Part shown: positions 58,821-64,000 of the stretch, piece after piece
How positions within the stretch are numbered: position 1 is the stretch's first letter
How the letters are laid out: each line of letters begins with the position of its first letter
Virus record (IMG/VR): IMGVR_UViG_3300042691_047309
Location: 32,001-96,000 of that record
DNA from: a virus
DNA: 64,000 bases
Strand: one strand, 5' to 3'
Program-made: the position numbers and the translations under genes
Notes under the pieces: model-generated
The model's input: the letters and a program-made list of their open reading frames with translations, nothing else
Told to the model about the DNA's origin: nothing
Databases searched by the model: none

Positions 58821-59544
58821 AACATTATTTATATCTGATGTGCATTTAGGAACATCGAAATGTCAAGCAGATAAATTACTAAATGTACTTAGAGACTACG
58901 ATTATCAAGAATTAGTGATTGTTGGTGACTTTATAGATCTTACTTCACTTAAAAGAAAGTTTTACTGGAAAGCAGATCACTCAACTGTTATACAAAAGAT
59001 TTTGAGAGCATCCAGAAAAGGAACTAAAGTTACATATATCTTAGGAAATCACGATTACTTCTTAAGAGGTTTGATAAAAGAAGATAATATAAATTTAGGA
59101 GATATTCTTATTTGTGATGAGTATTTCTATAAAACATCAAAAGGTGAGACAATTTATATTTGCCACGGTGACCAATTTGATGGTTTTATTAGGCTACACC
59201 CTTTCTTATATGTTTTAGGTGACTGGGCTTATGAGATAAGTTTTAGAATTAATAAATGGTATAATAAAATCAGAAGATTTTTTGGATTAGAATATTGGTC
59301 TTTATCACAATATCTTAAATCAAAAGTTAAGAATGCTATTTCATTTATTAATGATTTTAAGATTTTATCAATGAAAAGACTGGAAGAAGTTGAATGTGAT
59401 TCAATTATGATAGGTCATATTCACACACCAGCAATTGAAAAAATAGGTGAAAAAACTTACTATAATACCGGTGACTTCTGTGAAAGTTGCTCATTTTTAT
59501 ATGAAGATTTAAGTGGTGATATCAAACTTGTTATATTGGATTAG
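58810..59544 (+). CDS. LpxH-like metallophosphoesterase (UDP-2,3-diacylglucosamine hydrolase family)
   Basis: ISDVHLG, VGDFID, GNHD, HGDQFD, GHIH. Confidence 0.85.
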   Translation: MKVKTLFISDVHLGTSKCQADKLLNVLRDYDYQELVIVGDFIDLTSLKRKFYWKADHSTVIQKILRASRKGTKVTYILGNHDYFLRGLIKEDNINLGDILICDEYFYKTSKGETIYICHGDQFDGFIRLHPFLYVLGDWAYEISFRINKWYNKIRRFFGLEYWSLSQYLKSKVKNAISFINDFKILSMKRLEEVECDSIMIGHIHTPAIEKIGEKTYYNTGDFCESCSFLYEDLSGDIKLVILD

Positions 59545-59580
59545 ATAAAAACAAAAATAAGTTTTTACTATATACGAGTT

Positions 59581-60924
59581 ATGATGACAGAAAAAAGTAT
59601 ATCACAGTTCTTATCCGATGAATATAAAGAGTTTGCAATGTATGTAATCGAAGGAAGAGCTATTCCTTCTGTAATTGACGGTTTTAAACCAACTCAAAGA
59701 AAGATTATTCATATTGCAAATCAAATCTGGAAAACAGGTAATGAAAAAACACTTAAAGTGTTTCAATTAAGTGGTAAAGTAGCCAGTGATTGTTTTTATC
59801 ATCATGGAGATGCCAGCCTTTCTAACGCCATCATTACGATGGCTCAAAGGTTTAAAAACAATGCACCTCTTTTAGAAGAAGAAGGTCAATTCGGATCACT
59901 TCGTTCTCCACAACCTGGAGCACCTCGTTATATTGGAACTAAATTGTCTGAAAATTTCAAATTAATTTATAAAGATTTTGACCTACTAAAATTTAAAGAA
60001 GAAGAAGGTGAAGTTATTGAACCACATTATTTCCTACCAATTGTTCCTACTGTTTTATTGAATGGATCATCTGGAATTGCGGTAGGATTTGCTTCAAATA
60101 TTCTTAACAGAGACATTAAAACTATAATTGATGCTTGTTTAAGAGTTATTAATGGAAAAGAACCAGGTGAAATTAGTCCTTCCCTTAATGGATTTACAGG
60201 TGAATATATTCAAGATACTGAAAACAAAAAAAGATGGATAATACGTGGAAAATTTGTAAGAGCCAATACATCAACTGTTAAAATAACAGAACTTCCTCCA
60301 TCAATGACATATGAGAAGTATGAGGACATCTTAGATAAGTTAGTTGATGATAAAGTTATTGTTTCTTATGATGATAATTGCAAAGATAATATCGATTATA
60401 CAATTAAATTTACAAGATCTGATTTGGAAAAGTTAGATGATGAAAAGTTAATTAAACTATTAAAGTTAGAGGAATCATCGACTGAAATATTTTCAACTTT
60501 AGATGAAGGTGGTAAGTTAATGATATTTGAATGCACACAAGAAATTATTAAATATTTTGTAAATTTCAGATTAGAATATTATCATAAACGAAAAGCTTAT
60601 TTACTTGAAAGAATGAATAGAGATTTAAAAATTCTTTCAAACAGAGGTAAGTTCATCAAAGCAATATTAGATGAAAAACTAAAAGTTAATAATGTTCTCA
60701 AAATTGAAATTATCAAAGGAATAGAAGAGATGGGATTGGAAAAGATTGATGATTCTTTTGATTATCTTTTAAGAATGCCAATCTACTCATTAACAAAAGA
60801 GGTATTTGATAAATTAAAAGCTGACTTTGTTGAGAAGAAAGCTGAAATCCAAAAGATGGAACAAACAGATCCAAAAGATATGTATGTTGATGATTTAAAT
60901 GAATTGAAGAAAAAGTTTAAATAA
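59581..60924 (+). CDS. Type II DNA topoisomerase breakage-reunion subunit (T4 gp52 / GyrA-like)
   Basis: RAIPSVIDGFKPTQRK, YHHGDAS, GQFGS..APRY, GIAVGF. Confidence 0.92.
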   Translation: MMTEKSISQFLSDEYKEFAMYVIEGRAIPSVIDGFKPTQRKIIHIANQIWKTGNEKTLKVFQLSGKVASDCFYHHGDASLSNAIITMAQRFKNNAPLLEEEGQFGSLRSPQPGAPRYIGTKLSENFKLIYKDFDLLKFKEEEGEVIEPHYFLPIVPTVLLNGSSGIAVGFASNILNRDIKTIIDACLRVINGKEPGEISPSLNGFTGEYIQDTENKKRWIIRGKFVRANTSTVKITELPPSMTYEKYEDILDKLVDDKVIVSYDDNCKDNIDYTIKFTRSDLEKLDDEKLIKLLKLEESSTEIFSTLDEGGKLMIFECTQEIIKYFVNFRLEYYHKRKAYLLERMNRDLKILSNRGKFIKAILDEKLKVNNVLKIEIIKGIEEMGLEKIDDSFDYLLRMPIYSLTKEVFDKLKADFVEKKAEIQKMEQTDPKDMYVDDLNELKKKFK

Positions 60925-60938
60925 TCAGATTTTATTAT

Positions 60939-60946
60939 TATATTTG
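60939..60946 (+). promoter_or_regulatory. Bacteroidota -7 element TATATTTG
   Basis: Upstream of 60963. Confidence 0.55.
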
Positions 60947-60962
60947 TCTAAAATATATTTTA

Positions 60963-61340
60963 ATGGTTACAAAAGAAATTAAACAATTTGTTATTACTCA
61001 GATGAAAGAGGCTGATTGGGAGGTTGAGAAATTCGATGGCTTAAATGAATACAAATCTAAACATATCAACATACAACAAGACACTACTATTAGTCAAAAG
61101 GTTACTTTTCTAATAAAGATACCCAATGGTCATGGTAGCTATCAAAATCTTAAATTAAACCGTAAGGAGTTAGGAATAAATTATCTACGATACAGATTTT
61201 TATTAAAAGGTGTAAAGAGGTCTTGTAAATTAGTTGATAATCGTAGAAGAGAAGCTGAGATTTCTCGCAATTGGAAAAAATTCTTAGAAAAAAATAAAGA
61301 TCTTAATAGGGATAATAAAATAAACCAAATTATAGATTAA
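60963..61340 (+). CDS. Hypothetical C-tagged protein
   Basis: Ends NRDNKINQIID. Confidence 0.65.
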   Translation: MVTKEIKQFVITQMKEADWEVEKFDGLNEYKSKHINIQQDTTISQKVTFLIKIPNGHGSYQNLKLNRKELGINYLRYRFLLKGVKRSCKLVDNRRREAEISRNWKKFLEKNKDLNRDNKINQIID

Positions 61341-62458
61341 TGAAACAGGAATTATTTAATCTTATTGAACAAAAATCACCAGGTGCTAAACCGCTATATC
61401 TTGTTGTTCGTGGTTCTCATGCTTATGGAACTAACATTGAAACTTCAGATACTGATTACGCTGGAGTTTTTATTCAGTCTCAAAATGATATTTTAGGAAA
61501 TACTTACAAAGAACAAATAAATGATGATAATAATGATATTGTTATTTATGAAATTCGTAGATTTTTAGAACTTTTAGGATCAAACAATCCAACTGTTTTA
61601 GAACTTCTTAATACACCAGAAGATTGTGTGGTTTATAAAGACCCTATCTTTGATATGGTTTTAGAAAACCGTGATAATTTCATCACTAAGATTTGTGCTA
61701 AGTCTTTTGGTGGTTATGCAAAACAACAGATAAGTAAGGCACGAGGTCAAGATAAAAAACAAAACTGGGAGAAAGATAAAGTTACTCGCAAAACTCCTTT
61801 AGATTTCTGCTATATTCACCGTGGTGAAAAATCAATTCCACTTGTGAGCTTTATGGAAGAAAAAGGCATGGATCAGAGATTTTGTGGTTTATCTAATGTT
61901 CCACATAGTAGAGATACTTATGCTCTTTTCTATGACTTTAAAGAAGAAGAAACTGATGGTGAAATTAAAAATTTAGGATTTAAAGGTATCGCATTTGAAG
62001 ATTCTAATCAAGTTAGATTATCATCCATTCCTATAGATACTCCTAAAAACTATTTTATCGGACACGTTTCTTATAACAAAGATGGATATTCACAACATTG
62101 TAAAGATTATAAATCTTATCAAGAATGGTTAGAAAATCGTAACTTATCACGTTGGGTAGATGTTCAATCTCATGGTCAAAAAATTGACGGTAAGAATATG
62201 ATGCACTGTAAACGTCTAATGGAAATGGCAAAAGAGATTGGACAAGGAAAAGGTATTATTGTAAGACGACCAAATGCACAAGAACTCATTGCAATTCGAA
62301 AAGGTGATGTTGATCTACAAACTTTAATTGATTCTGTTGAAGACGAAATAAAAGAAGTTGATAAAATTTTTGAAGACTCAAATCTTCCTGATAAAATTGA
62401 TGAAAATTTTATAAATAATCTGATTATTAAAATAAGAAAACAAATATATAAGATATGA
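61340..62458 (+). CDS. Pol-beta superfamily nucleotidyltransferase (YcgL/RlaP-like)
   Basis: RGSHAYGTNIETSDTD, NNPTVLELL, KNMMHCKRL. Confidence 0.8.
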   Translation: MKQELFNLIEQKSPGAKPLYLVVRGSHAYGTNIETSDTDYAGVFIQSQNDILGNTYKEQINDDNNDIVIYEIRRFLELLGSNNPTVLELLNTPEDCVVYKDPIFDMVLENRDNFITKICAKSFGGYAKQQISKARGQDKKQNWEKDKVTRKTPLDFCYIHRGEKSIPLVSFMEEKGMDQRFCGLSNVPHSRDTYALFYDFKEEETDGEIKNLGFKGIAFEDSNQVRLSSIPIDTPKNYFIGHVSYNKDGYSQHCKDYKSYQEWLENRNLSRWVDVQSHGQKIDGKNMMHCKRLMEMAKEIGQGKGIIVRRPNAQELIAIRKGDVDLQTLIDSVEDEIKEVDKIFEDSNLPDKIDENFINNLIIKIRKQIYKI

Positions 62459-63078
62459 TATTATACTTAATTTTAGTATTTTTAATTGGTGTGTCTGTTG
62501 GTGGATATTTATCAAAAAAACTAGCTATTAAAGCACTTAAGTTAGAAAATGAACGACACAACTTAGAGAAAAAAAATCAATTTTTAGAAGTTCTGTCTAA
62601 AATTAAAACTGGAAAATCTAAATTCAAAACTAGAGTTAATGATACAGTTTATATCGAAGTTGAATTAGAAAATTTAGGACAAATTGATGTAATTTATCTT
62701 ATGGATAAAAATGATATTGCTCTTTTTAAAGAAGCTAAGTGTTTAAATACGTCTGATAGCATTCAATCGGAAATTATTACAGAAATAATCGCAAATATTT
62801 ACAGAATTTATAATCAAAAAATTAATGACATTGTTGAAATACTTGGTTTTACTTTTTACAGAGAAGAGTTTGAAAGAACTTTTAGAGTGAAAGCTGATGA
62901 TCTAAAAAAAGTATTCGATCCAGTTATTGAATCCGAAGTTGATCAAATAAATATCGAAAACCAAAAGAAATTTGACATAGATGATATCTTAGATAAAATA
63001 TCAGCAACTGGAATTGCATCACTTACAATAGAAGAAAGAATTTTTCTAGATAATTACTCAAATGAAAAGAGAAATTAA
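62455..63078 (+). CDS. Membrane-anchored hypothetical protein
   Basis: N-terminal TM; C-terminal IDDILDKISATGIASLTIEERIFL (DUF6576-like). Confidence 0.6.
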   Translation: MILYLILVFLIGVSVGGYLSKKLAIKALKLENERHNLEKKNQFLEVLSKIKTGKSKFKTRVNDTVYIEVELENLGQIDVIYLMDKNDIALFKEAKCLNTSDSIQSEIITEIIANIYRIYNQKINDIVEILGFTFYREEFERTFRVKADDLKKVFDPVIESEVDQINIENQKKFDIDDILDKISATGIASLTIEERIFLDNYSNEKRN

Positions 63079-63391
63079 CGTTAGTCCCTGGAAACACATA
63101 ACCACTACTCATAAAATTGAACATCACACACTTGATGAAATATTCACCATTCTAATTGAAAAGGATGGTGAATATTCTTTTATTGTTGAGGAATGTCAAA
63201 AGGTGTTTGATGTTTCACAAATGCCAATTTATATTAAAGAAGATTGGATAAAATATAATAAAAAATCCGTATCTTTGTCATTACTTAATGAACAGATTAA
63301 AAAATTGACAAATGATTTTGATCAATTTGAAGAAGAGTTGAATTTGTTAAAATCGTTAAGAAGAGATTTAATAATTAAAGGAATAATATGA
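63062..63391 (+). CDS. Hypothetical C-tagged protein
   Basis: Ends LRRDLIIKGII. Confidence 0.6.
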   Translation: MKREINVSPWKHITTTHKIEHHTLDEIFTILIEKDGEYSFIVEECQKVFDVSQMPIYIKEDWIKYNKKSVSLSLLNEQIKKLTNDFDQFEEELNLLKSLRRDLIIKGII

Positions 63392-63570
63392 AAGATTTAT
63401 TTAAAAGAAAACCACGTAAGATAGAAGATGATTTTGCTCCGGTTGGAACAAAGGATTGTGAAATGAAATGTGAGAGAGGTGTTATTATGACCAAAGAAGG
63501 ACACGTAATTGTATGTCATGGTTGTAAAAGAATTATTATGGACAATCGTGATAAAAATGAACTGTGTTAA
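63388..63570 (+). CDS. Small possible zinc-binding protein
   Basis: CEMKC...CHGC. Confidence 0.5.
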   Translation: MKDLFKRKPRKIEDDFAPVGTKDCEMKCERGVIMTKEGHVIVCHGCKRIIMDNRDKNELC

Positions 63571-64000
63571 AAAAATAATAATTATTAATTTAGCGGTTTT
63601 TGGTGTATGTCATATCTTCAATTTTTGGGGATTACATTTGGAAAATCTGTTTGCTCTTTATCCTGTTAATACAGGATATTTTAGTTTTTATCAGTTAGTA
63701 ACGCATCTTTTTATACATGCAAATCCTGAACATCTATTTTTTAATATGTTGTTTTTTTTAATTGCTGGCATTGAAGTTGAAGAATATTTTGGTAAGAAAT
63801 TTTTAAGTTTTTATTTACTATCTGGGATTTTTAGTTCTGGTTTATATTGCTTAGGATCTAATGGTGGTATTATTGGGGCATCTGGTGCTGTTTTTTCAGT
63901 TTTAACAGTTTTTACTATTCTTACTATTAGAAATGAAAATTTCAAACATTCAATTCATTTAAAAATAAAATCATTTTTTTATATTTTTTTTATCTTAATT
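63557..64000 (+). CDS. Rhomboid intramembrane serine protease (truncated by window end; not in ORF track)
   Basis: YQLVTHLFIHANPEHLFFNM and IIGASGAVF motifs. Confidence 0.8.
   Translation, partial: MNCVKKIIIINLAVFGVCHIFNFWGLHLENLFALYPVNTGYFSFYQLVTHLFIHANPEHLFFNMLFFLIAGIEVEEYFGKKFLSFYLLSGIFSSGLYCLGSNGGIIGASGAVFSVLTVFTILTIRNENFKHSIHLKIKSFFYIFFILI

Noticed and set aside
1-64000. CRISPR array, tRNA or rRNA genes
   Set aside because: No regularly spaced repeat-spacer structure or cloverleaf seen; intergenic gaps are short
1-64000. Stop-codon reassignment as in some jumbo phages
   Set aside because: Conserved genes are full length in the standard code, and TAA, TAG and TGA all end genes with tight stop/start coupling

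Overview
AT-rich, densely coded segment of what is most likely a large T4-like (jumbo) phage genome, read in the standard genetic code. Phage markers are a gp13-like neck protein, a gp62-like clamp-loader subunit, an RNase H/5'-3' exonuclease, split type II topoisomerase subunits, Rnl1 RNA ligase and an amidase. A Bacteroidota host is suggested by nine TAnnTTTG -7 promoters and the lack of Shine-Dalgarno sites. Host-like auxiliary genes include dnaK, dnaJ, grpE, nrdB, a GMP reductase/IMPDH-family gene, nusG, yeaG-yeaH-ycgB, uvsE, murI, a pterin dehydratase, tagD, an LpxH-like hydrolase, a histidine kinase and a rhomboid. Two short peptide tags organise much of the unknown proteome. (1) About 30 unrelated proteins share an N-terminal MKxxKx[YF]xxFxE[SN] motif resembling the T4 capsid-targeting sequence, mostly under a TTAATATATA late-type promoter. 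Carriers include an Acb1-like 2H phosphodiesterase, RNA ligase, glutamate racemase and modular proteins joined at NE-S. (2) About 15 small proteins share a C-terminal R[DEKN]x[KNQ][IL]xx[IL][FLIV] motif, and several appear to be fragments of virion proteins (major capsid, portal, tail tube, scaffold) fused to it, suggesting a decoy or adaptor system. Two candidate structured ncRNAs and three promoter classes are also visible. All family calls come from motif recognition by eye; no searches were run.
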